Below the pieces are notes generated by a model. That model searched no databases. It saw only the letters and a program-made list of their open reading frames with translations, and was not told the origin of the DNA. Both the position numbers and the translations under genes were made by a program. From a bacterium (GTDB lineage: Bacteria > CG2-30-53-67 > CG2-30-70-394), in the NCBI GenBank assembly GCA_024278555.1, contig JAJRSX010000203.1:1-54316 (forward strand): DNA of 54,316 nucleotides, written 5' to 3'. Below, piece after piece: positions 26,790-36,331 of the stretch; positions within the stretch are counted from its first letter, which is position 1, and every line of letters starts with the position of its first letter.

Positions 26790-27782
26790 TCAGGGTCGGG
26801 CATCGGCGGCGAGGGTGGTGGTGTAGCCAGAGGAGGTGATTTTGTGGGTGGCGGTGCGGGTCGTCCAGGGGCCGTCGAGACCGTCGCGGAACCCTGTGAG
26901 ATTGAGCGGGGTCTCGGCGAGGATCGTGGGGTCGCCCGGCAAAGTCAGTTCCAGCTCGCCGGCGCCGCGGGTGAGCTGGTCCAGTTTGGACCGTGCGGCC
27001 GCGAGGGCCTGGGCTGCGTCAGGATAGAGGTGGGTGAGCCGGTAAATGGGCTCGCCTTTACCGGCGGTTTTAGAGCGAGTCAACGCCGCTTGAAGATCCC
27101 GCCACTGGGCGATGACCTGCCGGAACTTGCCGCGCTTGGTGAGGGTGCCACGCCATGAGGTGACGTCCGCGGGCCGCAGCGTCACCGGCGCGATGGTCTG
27201 CCCCGAGACACTCCCCGACCGCCCCCTAGGGGTGAAGATGAGGTGCCCACCCGCTGGTTTGGCGACTGCCCCATATTGGGTCCCGAGGCGGGTGAGCAGG
27301 TTCATGTCGGACTCGTCGACCTGGTCGAGATGGGGAATCGGCACGCCGTCGTAGTCGATCGCCACGGATGGCTGATATCCATGTTCGGCGGCGATGCTGC
27401 GCACCAGGTCGCCAAGGGTGGTTTGGTGCCAGGCGCGGGTCTTTTGGGTCTGGAGGGTGGTGAAGTGGAGCGAGGGGTCAAAGGCGGCGGCGCGGGCACG
27501 GATCGTGAGGGCGGCGGGCGGCCCCTCGATCTCCAGCTCGTCGACGACATAGATGCCCATCTGTTGGAGCTTACCCGCATATCCGATCGAGACCTCCAGC
27601 TCGGCCCCGGTACGGGGGAGCGCAATGCCGCCCCCGGTCTCGCGCCGGCGGTCGTCGATGCGGATGGTGAGCCGATCGTTTTGCCGCCCCGCCTCGTCCA
27701 CCACCGTCAGGGACAGCAGATGCGTGCGGATCACCTCGGTGATGACCTGGGCGTCGGCGACGATGCGGAAGGCGGGGGGCAT
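26790..27782 (-). CDS. Phage late control/tail protein D (P2 gpD-like)
   Basis: ATG at 27782 (MPPAFRIVADAQVITEVIRTHLLSLTVVDEAG...) in track ORF 26790..27965. The P2 gpD pattern is present and it is last in the tail operon, as in P2. Confidence 0.8.
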   Translation of the reverse strand: MPPAFRIVADAQVITEVIRTHLLSLTVVDEAGRQNDRLTIRIDDRRRETGGGIALPRTGAELEVSIGYAGKLQQMGIYVVDELEIEGPPAALTIRARAAAFDPSLHFTTLQTQKTRAWHQTTLGDLVRSIAAEHGYQPSVAIDYDGVPIPHLDQVDESDMNLLTRLGTQYGAVAKPAGGHLIFTPRGRSGSVSGQTIAPVTLRPADVTSWRGTLTKRGKFRQVIAQWRDLQAALTRSKTAGKGEPIYRLTHLYPDAAQALAAARSKLDQLTRGAGELELTLPGDPTILAETPLNLTGFRDGLDGPWTTRTATHKITSSGYTTTLAADARP

Positions 27783-27786
27783 GGCG

Positions 27787-27996
27787 TCAGTCCCACAGGT
27801 GTACCACGCAGGTGGTGTCCGCCGTGTCCGGTAGATCCGGCAGCTCGATGAGTAACCCCGCGGGTAGCTCCGGACCGAGCTCCGCGAGGTGGGGGTTGGA
27901 GTCGAGGACATCCACGATGGCCGACTCGTGTCCGTAGTGGCGCCAGCAGATGCGGTCGAGCACATCCCCCGCGAGGGTGCGGTAGTGGACGCTCAC
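27787..27996 (-). CDS. Phage tail protein X (P2 gpX-like)
   Basis: GTG at 27996 overlaps the gpU stop (GTGA). VSVHYRTLAGDVLDRICWRHYGHESAIVDVLDSNPHLAELGPELPAGLLIELPDL matches the gpX family. Confidence 0.75.
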   Translation of the reverse strand: MSVHYRTLAGDVLDRICWRHYGHESAIVDVLDSNPHLAELGPELPAGLLIELPDLPDTADTTCVVHLWD

Positions 27997-28400
27997 GCCC
28001 CGTCCTCCCCGTAGTAGGCGAGGGCGAGACGGAAGGCGACCTTGCGTGGCGCCCCACCGGGCAGGTGCGCGGATTGGGTCTCCTCGATGCGCTCGATGAC
28101 CCACCGGCCGAGCACCGTGCCCTTTCGCGCGTCGGCTGAGGCGACCAGCATCAGGGGGGCACCCTTCCCCGCCTCGGTGCGCATGGTATCGAGCTGACCG
28201 AGGCCACCTCGATAGTGGGGGTAAATGATGCCATCTAGCTCGACAGTCTGGTTACCAGGGCCAACGTATTGGCGGGCCGGCTCCCGTCCGATCCGGTCTT
28301 GGGCCGGCCACCGGTACTCGTTTACCCGGCGCAGCGTCTGGTAGGCGGCGGTGTCGACAGAGAAGCGGTAACCACCGAGGGCGAGCATCACCTCAGCCAT
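27993..28400 (-). CDS. Phage tail protein U (P2 gpU-like)
   Basis: 135-aa ORF. MLALGGYRFSVDTAAYQTLRRVNEYRWPAQDRIGREPARQYVGPGNQTVELDGIIYP is the typical gpU N-terminus. Confidence 0.8.
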   Translation of the reverse strand: MAEVMLALGGYRFSVDTAAYQTLRRVNEYRWPAQDRIGREPARQYVGPGNQTVELDGIIYPHYRGGLGQLDTMRTEAGKGAPLMLVASADARKGTVLGRWVIERIEETQSAHLPGGAPRKVAFRLALAYYGEDGA

Positions 28401-30762
28401 CGCCGAGCCCCTCGTGTTGGCGGGCCATCAGGCGGGCGACTTCCTCCGCCAAGGCGTGCACGTCCTGCCCGGGGCGTGCGGTGATGTGGAAGGTGTTGGT
28501 CTGGTGGTAGGTGATGGTGTGTCCCGCGGGGGCGGGCTCCGGAGGGCGGGGCGGCGCGGCAGAGGGCGACGCTCCGGCCGCGAGATCGGAGGGGACTTGC
28601 GCCACCGGCGTCGCCGGCCGTACCACGGGAGGGGGCACCGCCACCGGCGCCGCCGGCCGTACCCGTGGGGTGGCCGGCGGCGGCGGGACCGGCGCGGCCG
28701 GTGGGAGTGCAGCCTGACCGGGGAGTGGGGCCGTGGCGATGACGGCGCCGAGGGTGGCGGCGGCCGCGGTTTGCTGGAAACGGTGGGTCACGGTTTTGCC
28801 ACCACCGCCACCGAACCACTTCGCCACCGCCGCAAACGGCGCGGAGATCTTCTCCCACATGCCCCCGACCCAGCCGGCAAACTTCGCCCATACCGCCTTG
28901 ATCGGCTCCCAGATGCGCAACAGGAATCCCTTCACCTTGGACCAGTTGGCGATGATCAGCCCGGCCCCGAGGGCGATCACGGCGATCGCCGCGCCGATCG
29001 GGTTGGCGGCGATCGCCACTCCCAGCATACGCAGGCCGGCGACCACAGCCGGGATGGCGCCGCGCGCCAGCCCCAGCAAGGTCCCGCCGAAGGACTTGAG
29101 CCCGCCGCCGATGGCCAGGGCGCGGGTCCGCACCGCGGTGATCAAGGCCACCGCATTGAAGCCGCTCATCCGTTCGGTCGTCCAAGTAATCATCCGCCCT
29201 ACACCTGCCGCGGTGTTCCCGGCCATGGTCCACGCATCGGAGAACAGCGTCCCGACGTACTTGCTCACCATGGCGGCGGCGGTGAATCCGGCAAACCCCA
29301 GGGTCGCGCCTCCCAGCACCATGCCGAGGGCGGGGACCTTTGCCACGGCGATTCCCACCCACCGGGCGACCGCAGCGATGGGGGTGAGGACGGCGTTCAG
29401 GGCTGGCACCAAGGTGCCGGCGAGGAGGTTACCGACGATCTTCAGATTTTGGCCGAGCGTTCGGAGCCGGCCTCCGGTGGAGGCCAGAAAGTCCTGATAG
29501 GCGGTGTCCACCACGCCACGGGAGCCGTCGGCCACCGCCCGATAGCCCTCCGTCAACCCCGCCATATTGCCCAGCAGCAGGGCCACGGCGCTGCCCTCGT
29601 CGCCGAACGCCTTTTGCAGGGCGGCGGCACGAGCATCCACGTCGGTGCCATAGGCGGCGTCGAGGGCCTCTTTCAGATGGCCGAGGGTGCCCACCAGGTC
29701 CATCTCCCCGGCGGCGTTGCGCTCGATGGTGAAGCCGAACTGCTGCGACGCCCGACCCAACTGGCGCAGGACGGCGTTGAAGGCGGTGCCGGCGCGGCCG
29801 CCCATCAGACCGGCGGTGTTGAAGCTGCCCAAGGTGGCGGCGGTCTGTTCGAGCGAGACCTTGTACTTGATCGCCGCCGCCGCCCCCTCCTTGAACGACT
29901 CGCCGAGCTGGCCAAAGTCGCGAATCTGGAACTTGAATTGGGTCTTGGTGAGGACGTCGCCGATACGCGCCAGCTTGTCGGTGGCGGTGCCGGCGATCGC
30001 CGCCCCCAGGTTATTGAAGACCACCCCCACCACTTCGCCTACCTGGGCGGCCGAGCCCTGGGTGACGGTGGCCACCTTGTGGACAATCTCGGTGCCGAGG
30101 CGTGCGGTGGCTGCATCCAGGCCGGCGGAGTCCAGGGCGTACTCAATATTGAGCACCTCGACCTCCGAGGCGAGCGAATCGCGGGCGAAGTCGAGGGCGT
30201 GGCGGCGGGAGGCTTTTAGCGCCGCGGCGGTATCCTTGGCATTGATCACCGTGCGGAGACGCACCTGCGCATCCTGCACCTCGATGGCGCCGCCGAAGAT
30301 GCGGCTCGCCGCGTAGGCCGCCCCGAGGGTGCCGATCGCCTTGGCGTGCAGCTCGCTACGGACCTGGGCGTTGCGCTCGCGGGTCGCCACCCGCGCCAGC
30401 GATGCCTCGGCGCGGGTGGCGGAGCGCTCCAGCCGGCGATGCTGGCGCACCACGTCGCCAATGGAGACCCCGTAGGCCCGGGCCGCCTGCTTGGCGTCCC
30501 GGTAGCGACGCTCCACCTCCGCAATCCCCGCGTTCAGGCGGGAGGACGAGCGGCCGAGGGTGGCCTGTTTCGCCTTGAGCCCCTCCAGGGTTGACCTATA
30601 CTTGATGACGTCGGCGGCCAGGGTGGCGCCGAGGCGGTGGCGCTTGGCCGTCTCCCCGATCTTGACGATCCGCTGTTCGGTGGAGCGGAACGCCTTCCCC
30701 AGGGTCTCGGAGACCGCGCCGCCGATGACGATCGAGAGTGCGAGGGACTTACCGAAGGGCAT
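28393..30762 (-). CDS. Tail tape measure protein
   Basis: 789-aa ORF between the E/E' chaperone and gpU. Ala/Gly-rich helical protein with hydrophobic segments. The N-terminus KSLALSIVIGGAVSETLGKAF is typical of P2-type tape measures. Confidence 0.85.
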   Translation of the reverse strand: MPFGKSLALSIVIGGAVSETLGKAFRSTEQRIVKIGETAKRHRLGATLAADVIKYRSTLEGLKAKQATLGRSSSRLNAGIAEVERRYRDAKQAARAYGVSIGDVVRQHRRLERSATRAEASLARVATRERNAQVRSELHAKAIGTLGAAYAASRIFGGAIEVQDAQVRLRTVINAKDTAAALKASRRHALDFARDSLASEVEVLNIEYALDSAGLDAATARLGTEIVHKVATVTQGSAAQVGEVVGVVFNNLGAAIAGTATDKLARIGDVLTKTQFKFQIRDFGQLGESFKEGAAAAIKYKVSLEQTAATLGSFNTAGLMGGRAGTAFNAVLRQLGRASQQFGFTIERNAAGEMDLVGTLGHLKEALDAAYGTDVDARAAALQKAFGDEGSAVALLLGNMAGLTEGYRAVADGSRGVVDTAYQDFLASTGGRLRTLGQNLKIVGNLLAGTLVPALNAVLTPIAAVARWVGIAVAKVPALGMVLGGATLGFAGFTAAAMVSKYVGTLFSDAWTMAGNTAAGVGRMITWTTERMSGFNAVALITAVRTRALAIGGGLKSFGGTLLGLARGAIPAVVAGLRMLGVAIAANPIGAAIAVIALGAGLIIANWSKVKGFLLRIWEPIKAVWAKFAGWVGGMWEKISAPFAAVAKWFGGGGGKTVTHRFQQTAAAATLGAVIATAPLPGQAALPPAAPVPPPPATPRVRPAAPVAVPPPVVRPATPVAQVPSDLAAGASPSAAPPRPPEPAPAGHTITYHQTNTFHITARPGQDVHALAEEVARLMARQHEGLGDG

Positions 30763-30905
30763 GATGGCTCAGACGGCGATCGCGGTGGTGCTCGGCTCGT
30801 TGGCGGCCGTGTGGGTGGTGTTGCTCGACCCCGCCGTGGCCGACGGTCTCTCCCAGGTCCAAACATGTCTCGCCGGCCTGTTCCTCGGCGCGCTGTGTAC
30901 CCTCA

Positions 30906-31312
30906 TCATGCGACCGGTCGCCGGCCTTCTGGTTGCGCTCGGGGCAGGGCTGAGATCCATTGCATCAGCTCCTCGCCGGTGAGCTCCAGCAGCTCGGTCA
31001 GCCCCCACCCGGTGTGCTGAGCGAGGAGGATGCAGGCGCGTCGGGCGTCCTCGGCCCGGAGGACAAAAAAGAGGCGTACACCTTCTGGAGGCGCAGGTAG
31101 TCCACCAGGTCGAGGGCCTCGATCACCGCCGGCGCCACCTCCGCCAGGTTGGCGAACAGGGTGACCTCTTGCGCGGCCGACGATGCGGAACCCTTTTCGG
31201 CGGCGAGCATGTCCCGCACCTTGGGGCGACGCAGGGTGATGTGGTCGGTCGCCACCCCCTCCACCGTCACCGGGTAGGTCAGCTTCACGGTCGTGTCATC
31301 GATATTCCTCAC
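30906..31312 (-). CDS. Predicted -1 frameshift product E+E' (about 135 aa)
   Basis: Slippery T TTT TTG lies at 31064-31070 (gene strand), in codons S81-F82-L83. The -1 frame stays open for 52 further codons (VLRAEDARRACILLAQHTGWGLTELLELTGEELMQWISALPRAQPEGRRPVA) to the TGA at 30906-30908. P2 uses the same heptamer and position for E/E'. Confidence 0.65.
30998..31312 (-). CDS. Tail assembly chaperone (P2 gpE-like), zero-frame product
   Basis: 104-aa ORF directly upstream of the tape measure. ...TVKLTYPVTVEGVATDHITLRRPKVRDMLAAEK...LFANLAEVAPAVIEALDLVDYLRLQKVYASF is gpE-like. It contains the slippery heptamer T TTT TTG. Confidence 0.75.
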   Translation of the reverse strand: MRNIDDTTVKLTYPVTVEGVATDHITLRRPKVRDMLAAEKGSASSAAQEVTLFANLAEVAPAVIEALDLVDYLRLQKVYASFLSSGPRTPDAPASSSLSTPGGG

Positions 31313-31530
31313 GCGGTCGCCCCCTTCTTGGCCGGCGCCGCGCCCTTGGCCGGGGTGGTGGCGGGCTTCGCCGCCGTTACCGGCTCGATGAAGCCGCCGG
31401 CGCGGAGGTAGCGTGCCTGCCGGTCGGTCATCTCCACCACCTCCCCCGCCGCGAACGAGCGGTGGTCATGAATCAGGGGCGTGCAGACGGTGTATCGCCG
31501 GGTCGCCGGCGCTTTCTTGGGGGTGGCCAT
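31309..31530 (-). CDS. Small hypothetical phage protein with Ala/Pro/Lys-rich tail
   Basis: 73-aa ORF between the tube and gpE genes with 4-nt overlap onto the gpE start. No family recognised. Confidence 0.5.
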   Translation of the reverse strand: MATPKKAPATRRYTVCTPLIHDHRSFAAGEVVEMTDRQARYLRAGGFIEPVTAAKPATTPAKGAAPAKKGATA

Positions 31531-31581
31531 GGACTTGATCTCCAGAGGGGGGGGTGGGAGGTCGATGGGGTGAGCGGGGGC

Positions 31582-32085
31582 TCAGATGCCCAACGCGGCG
31601 CGGGTAGAGGCGAGGCGGTCGACGCCGTCGATCATGCGGACCATGTTCTCCACGTCGATCTCGTGGACCACGCGGCCGCCGTGGGTCAGCTTGTAGTAGC
31701 GCACCGCCACCGTCCCCTTCAGCTTCGCCAGGTCGCCCGCCTTCCACGTGCCGGGGTCCAGCTCGGTGAGGCTCCCGGAGAGGTTCACCACCACCGGGGT
31801 GACGGTGCCGTCCTCGCTCTCCACCGCGCCGCGGAAGGTGAGAGGCACGAGGTTCCCCGGCGCCAGGCCGAAGCGGGCGAGCACCTCGGCATCGAAGGCG
31901 GTGAGGGTGAAGGTCGCCTCCATTTCCTCCATCCCCATGTCGATCTTCACCGGGGCATCCATGCCGCCGGCGCGGTAGTCCTCGGTCTTCACCGTCAGCT
32001 TCGGGGGGGTCAGATCCTCCACCCGGCCGGCGTAGCCGTAGCCATCGACGGACAGGGTGAGGTTCTTCAACAGGTCGGTAATCAT
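31582..32085 (-). CDS. Major tail tube protein (P2 FII-like)
   Basis: 167-aa ORF. NLTLSVDGYGYAGRVEDLTPPKLTVKTEDYRAGGMDAPVKIDMGMEEMEATF closely mirrors the P2 FII N-terminus. Confidence 0.88.
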   Translation of the reverse strand: MITDLLKNLTLSVDGYGYAGRVEDLTPPKLTVKTEDYRAGGMDAPVKIDMGMEEMEATFTLTAFDAEVLARFGLAPGNLVPLTFRGAVESEDGTVTPVVVNLSGSLTELDPGTWKAGDLAKLKGTVAVRYYKLTHGGRVVHEIDVENMVRMIDGVDRLASTRAALGI

Positions 32086-32143
32086 GGTTACGGTCTCCTT
32101 GATGGCGGGTGGTCCCCGCCGGTACGGCTGGCGGTCACTCCCC

Positions 32144-33325
32144 TTACGCCGGGAGGATCTCCTCGATGTAGTCGTTCACCAGGTGCGACTGGAAGGTGAT
32201 GTGCTCGGCCGGGTACGGCGGGGTGAAATCGAAGTCGAAGTAGACCTGACCCGCCTGGATGGCGGCGGCGGTGTTCAGATCCGGGTCGGCGTAGGCGGTT
32301 CCCCCGAGGATGGCGCCCTGGGCCACCAGGTGGCGGAGGTAGCCGTTGACCCCCTCCAGCACGTCGGCGATGTAGGTCTTGGTGATGTTGCGATCCACAG
32401 CCCACAGATGCGCCCGCAGGAGCGACTCGTTGATCATGTCGGCGGTGCGCCGCACCGACAGGTACATCCACTTGGGATCGACGGCCGACGTGCCGCGGTT
32501 GCCCCAGAGGCGGAAGCCGTCCTTCTGGATGATCGTGGCAACGTCGTTCTCGTTGAGGACGTTGGCCCGCGCGGTGGCATCGCCGAGTGTGAAGTCGACC
32601 GGCCGGGTAGTGCCGGTGATACCGTAGATCGGGCGGTTCGAGGGGCTCCACCAGAAGCCACGCTCCGCGTCCGACTTGGCGATCACCCCGGCCACCCGCG
32701 CCGATGGCGGCTCGGTGACCTCGCTGCTGGTGGCGGTGTCCCACACCCGCACCCACGGATCCACCAGATAGACGCGGGGGTTGGCGATGACGGCCTTGTA
32801 GCCGATGCCCGCTATATCGTTGATGTTGAGCCCGTCGGCGATGATCACCGCCCGCAGCCGATCGGCGATCGACTGCATCTCGCCGACCACGGGCGCCGCG
32901 TTGGTGAAGCCCGGAGCGATGAGGATCTTGGGGGCGACCCCGAGCACGCTCTCGGCCGCCGCCAGGGCATGAACGCCGGTATAGGCGCCGATGGCGGCAT
33001 CAACCCCGCCGATCACGTTGGTCTGGGTGGCGGCGGCGTCCACCCCCTCGGCCACGCGGACCACCACCACCAGGGCGCCGGCCTGATCGAAGATACCGTC
33101 CAGGGCCGCCGGCAGGGTGCCGAGGCCGGTGCCCACGGTGTCGAGCTTTGCCGCCTCGACCCGCGAGCCGGCCACCAGGACCGGGGTATCCAGTGGAAAG
33201 GCGGTGGCATCGGCGTCCGGCGCGGTACCGACGATGCCGATGACCGATGAGCGGACGGTCTGGATCGGCCGGGGGCCGGCGTCGATCTCGAGGACTTCTA
33301 CGCCGTGGAGGAAAGAGGCGGGCAT
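32144..33325 (-). CDS. Contractile tail sheath protein (P2 FI-like)
   Basis: 393-aa ORF upstream of the tube gene. N-terminus SFLHGVEVLEIDAGPRPIQTVRSSVIGIVGTAP and C-terminal PPYPAEHITF are typical of sheath proteins. Confidence 0.88.
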   Translation of the reverse strand: MPASFLHGVEVLEIDAGPRPIQTVRSSVIGIVGTAPDADATAFPLDTPVLVAGSRVEAAKLDTVGTGLGTLPAALDGIFDQAGALVVVVRVAEGVDAAATQTNVIGGVDAAIGAYTGVHALAAAESVLGVAPKILIAPGFTNAAPVVGEMQSIADRLRAVIIADGLNINDIAGIGYKAVIANPRVYLVDPWVRVWDTATSSEVTEPPSARVAGVIAKSDAERGFWWSPSNRPIYGITGTTRPVDFTLGDATARANVLNENDVATIIQKDGFRLWGNRGTSAVDPKWMYLSVRRTADMINESLLRAHLWAVDRNITKTYIADVLEGVNGYLRHLVAQGAILGGTAYADPDLNTAAAIQAGQVYFDFDFTPPYPAEHITFQSHLVNDYIEEILPA

Positions 33326-33349
33326 GGGGTGGTCTCCTGAAGGTGCGGG

Positions 33350-34777
33350 TTAGAGCCAATAGGTCCGGAGAAACAGGCTATGGGGAGCGATGAGATCCTC
33401 CAGTGCCCCGGCGAGGTTATAGAGGCGCAGCCGGACGCTCCGATCGGAAAGGGTCTCCGTCGTGACGATGAGCGGCTGGGTACCCTTGGGAACGGCGATG
33501 ACCTCCCGGTCTGCATGGTGGGCGGAGAAGCTCACATCGAACACGCCGACCGGCTCGCCTGCCGCGCGGGCGATCGTCGTGATCCCGTTGGACGGGGATT
33601 GCAGGATGCCGGCGTAGGTCATGCTCCCCCATTCCACGGCCGCGGCATGGTCGAGTTGATCCCCGGTGACGCTTGCGTCCGCCAAATGGTCGGCACGAAC
33701 AACGACATTGCCTTGCCGCTCATAGTAGGCGCGGACATCCGTGATGGGGGTACCGTCCAGCACCGAGGCGTCCAGGAACACACCGTAATCGCTCCCCGCC
33801 GATACAATGGCCACCGGCGTCGCCGTGGCCACTCCCCCGCTACCCTGGATGAACTCGATCGCCCGTGCCGCGCCGATGGATGCCTCGATCACCCGCTTGG
33901 CGATCGCGCCTATGGTGAAGTAGTTCGGGGCGACATAGGTCGCCGGCCCATACGACACCGGTGACAACACCGGCACCATCCCGTCTACCTGCACCCGAGA
34001 CAGCTCCACCTTGGCGATCGTGGAGCCGTCCAGCACATCGGCATCCAGATACACCTGCGTCTCCCCACCCGAGAAGAGCGTGGCGGACACCTCGGCGGTC
34101 CGGACCCCGGACGCCTGGGTAATCCGCACCATCCGACGCAGCTGGATCTGGCCGGTCACATCCCCGGCGATCAATAGGCGGCTGGGCAGATCGGAGATGG
34201 CGGAGAGACCGCTCTCCATCCACTGCGGGTCCATGGCCCCCAGGGCGCCATCCACATACGACCGCGAGGCCAACACGATCGCCGGATCGATCTGGAGGGT
34301 GACGGTGGAGGCGTTGCTCACCTGGAGGATGACCCGCAGGTAGAGGTCGGAGGCGGCGCCCTCGGCGAGCTGCGGTTTATAGGTCCCGGGCACCGAGCCG
34401 ATGGCGATCAGGTTGCCGCCGGTGTCGAAGACCCCCACCTCGCGGGCCGTCCAGCCGCCCACCGCCTGGGGGATGATCGCCTCGATGACGATCCAGTTGG
34501 GGTTGGCTGGATCGGTGGTGATCTGGTTGATCGGCGCCCGATAAACCTCGTGGACCAGGGCCGTGGCCGACTCGGCCGGGTTGACCGGCACGCCGCCGCC
34601 ATCCCCCACCGCCACCTCGGTCAGGTCGACGGTGGTGCCCAGGGCCTGGGCGTTGGCCAGGGCGGCGGCGCCGGTGGTGGTGAGGAGGGTGTAGTAGGAC
34701 ACGGTGATGGGGTCGGGAGGAAAGCGCGGTCTTGCTTGTTCTGTTCTACGCCCGCGCTCCGGAGCCGTGAGACTCAA
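33350..34777 (-). CDS. Tail fibre protein (start TTG 34777 or GTG 34702)
   Basis: The conserved N-terminal fibre/baseplate-attachment domain (SYYTLLTTTGAAALANAQALGTTVDLTEVAVGDGGG...HEVYRAPIN...WIVIEAIIP...REVGVFD) is P2 gpH/Mu-S-like. The C-terminal part is unrelated and internally duplicated. Confidence 0.8.
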   Translation of the reverse strand: MSLTAPERGRRTEQARPRFPPDPITVSYYTLLTTTGAAALANAQALGTTVDLTEVAVGDGGGVPVNPAESATALVHEVYRAPINQITTDPANPNWIVIEAIIPQAVGGWTAREVGVFDTGGNLIAIGSVPGTYKPQLAEGAASDLYLRVILQVSNASTVTLQIDPAIVLASRSYVDGALGAMDPQWMESGLSAISDLPSRLLIAGDVTGQIQLRRMVRITQASGVRTAEVSATLFSGGETQVYLDADVLDGSTIAKVELSRVQVDGMVPVLSPVSYGPATYVAPNYFTIGAIAKRVIEASIGAARAIEFIQGSGGVATATPVAIVSAGSDYGVFLDASVLDGTPITDVRAYYERQGNVVVRADHLADASVTGDQLDHAAAVEWGSMTYAGILQSPSNGITTIARAAGEPVGVFDVSFSAHHADREVIAVPKGTQPLIVTTETLSDRSVRLRLYNLAGALEDLIAPHSLFLRTYWL

Positions 34778-34792
34778 GGGGTTGGGTTTTCG

Positions 34793-35404
34793 CTACAGCG
34801 GCCACACCGTCACCTCCTGGACGCCGTAGGCGCCGAACGCATAGACCGGGGTGGCGCCGCTGACCTCGATGTCGGCCGGCGACGGCGGGTAGACGGTGAG
34901 CTCCCAGCCGGTCGACGCCGTGGCGGCGATCTGCGGGGTGTCGCCGTAGGCGGCGAGGACCACGTTGATCTGGAAATGGGAGCGGACGTTCTTGGTGGCC
35001 TCCACCATCCGCGTCAGCGAATCGAAGAGCGCCGTGTCGATGCCGCGCGCGCTCACATCAAGCTCGACGTCGAAGGTGTACGGCGCGCCGCCGGTATCGA
35101 ACCACTCGGCCACGCGGGCATCGAGACCGAGGGCGGCGAAGACCCCGATCAGCCCGCCCACCGTCCCCTTCCGGCGGTGGACGGCGAGCGACGCCGCCAC
35201 CACCGATCGCTGCTCGGTCTCGGACCACGCCGGGTCCCACTCATCGACGGAAAGCGCCCAGGCCAGCCAGGGCAGGACGGCGGCCGGGCACGCCGCCGGA
35301 TCCCACAGATCCCCCACCGGCACCGCCACCTCCCCCAGCCGGGCGGTGGCGTCTTCGAGCGCCCGTTCGGAGGCGGCGGCAGAGGGGGGCAGCAGCGACG
35401 CCAT
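34793..35404 (-). CDS. Baseplate/tail protein I (P2 gpI-like)
   Basis: 203-aa ORF. LLPPSAAASERALEDATARLGEVAVPVGDLWDPAACPAAVLPWLAWALSVDEWD is the canonical gpI N-terminus. Confidence 0.8.
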   Translation of the reverse strand: MASLLPPSAAASERALEDATARLGEVAVPVGDLWDPAACPAAVLPWLAWALSVDEWDPAWSETEQRSVVAASLAVHRRKGTVGGLIGVFAALGLDARVAEWFDTGGAPYTFDVELDVSARGIDTALFDSLTRMVEATKNVRSHFQINVVLAAYGDTPQIAATASTGWELTVYPPSPADIEVSGATPVYAFGAYGVQEVTVWPL

Positions 35405-35407
35405 CGG

Positions 35408-36292
35408 CTACTCCGCCACCACGCCGGTGGTGAGGGTGATGGCGGTGGCGTAGGCCACCTCGGTGGGCTGGACCGTGAGATCGGCGACCGGTGAGGTCAG
35501 GGTCACCTTCTGCACGCCAGGCTGGTGGAGGGCCGCGTAGAGGCCGGAGAGGGGGATGTCGAACCCCATCTTGTGGTGGTCGTCGGCGTAGCGCTGCACG
35601 GCGGCCTGCGCCGCCGTGGCCACCACCGCCGGGTCGGGGCCTGGGTAGGTGTCGAGGGTGGCGGTGACGGTGTAGGGCAGGATGGTGGGCGCCTGCACGA
35701 TCACCTGATCGGTGAGCGGCCGCACATCCTCGGCGGTCAGGGCCGCGGCTACCGTGTCCAGGAGCGCTTGATCGGGGGTCCCGTCGCCGATCGTGGAGAG
35801 CACCGTCACCACCACCTCACCGGGGCTGGGCGAGGTGAGGGCGATGTCGGCCACGGTGGCGTCGGCGGAGAGGGCGTGAAAGAGATAGGCGCCGCCCGCG
35901 CCGGCGGTGGTCACCGCCTCCGGGGCGAGCTGGATGCGGGCCCGCAGCCGGGCGTCGGTCTCGTAGGTGGGCTCGACCGGCGGCACCGCGGTGGGGTCGC
36001 CGGGCTCGACCACCAGCCGCGCCACCCCGAAGAGCGCCCCGAGCTGATCCAGGTCGGCCCCTTGGGCGGAGGCGAGCATCACGGCGCGCGCCCCGTCGTT
36101 GACCCGCTGGCGGATCAGCACCTCGCGGTACGCCGCCACCTCCAAGATCGTGTAGGCGGGGTCGGACTCCACCAGGGCGGTGAACACCGGATTACGGGCC
36201 TGCAAATCGGCCAGCATGGCGGCGAAGATCGTCTCGAAATCGAGCGGTTCCACCACCGTCGGGGCGGGGAGCTGGGAGAGGTCGATGGCCAT
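35408..36292 (-). CDS. Baseplate J-like protein (P2 gpJ / Mu gp47)
   Basis: 294-aa ORF in the V-W-J-I order. IDLSQLPAPTVVEPLDFETIFAAMLADLQARNP is a typical gpJ start. Confidence 0.8.
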   Translation of the reverse strand: MAIDLSQLPAPTVVEPLDFETIFAAMLADLQARNPVFTALVESDPAYTILEVAAYREVLIRQRVNDGARAVMLASAQGADLDQLGALFGVARLVVEPGDPTAVPPVEPTYETDARLRARIQLAPEAVTTAGAGGAYLFHALSADATVADIALTSPSPGEVVVTVLSTIGDGTPDQALLDTVAAALTAEDVRPLTDQVIVQAPTILPYTVTATLDTYPGPDPAVVATAAQAAVQRYADDHHKMGFDIPLSGLYAALHQPGVQKVTLTSPVADLTVQPTEVAYATAITLTTGVVAE

Positions 36293-36331
36293 GGGGGGGT
36301 TATCTCGGCAGGCAGGGGCGATCCATCGGAG

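Noticed and set aside
30769-31008. Track ORF 30769..31008(-) as the E' extension or a separate gene between gpE and the tape measure.
   Set aside because: It is in a different frame from the one reached by a -1 slip at T TTT TTG and has junk-like composition. The -1 frame ending at 30906 gives the plausible E' tail.
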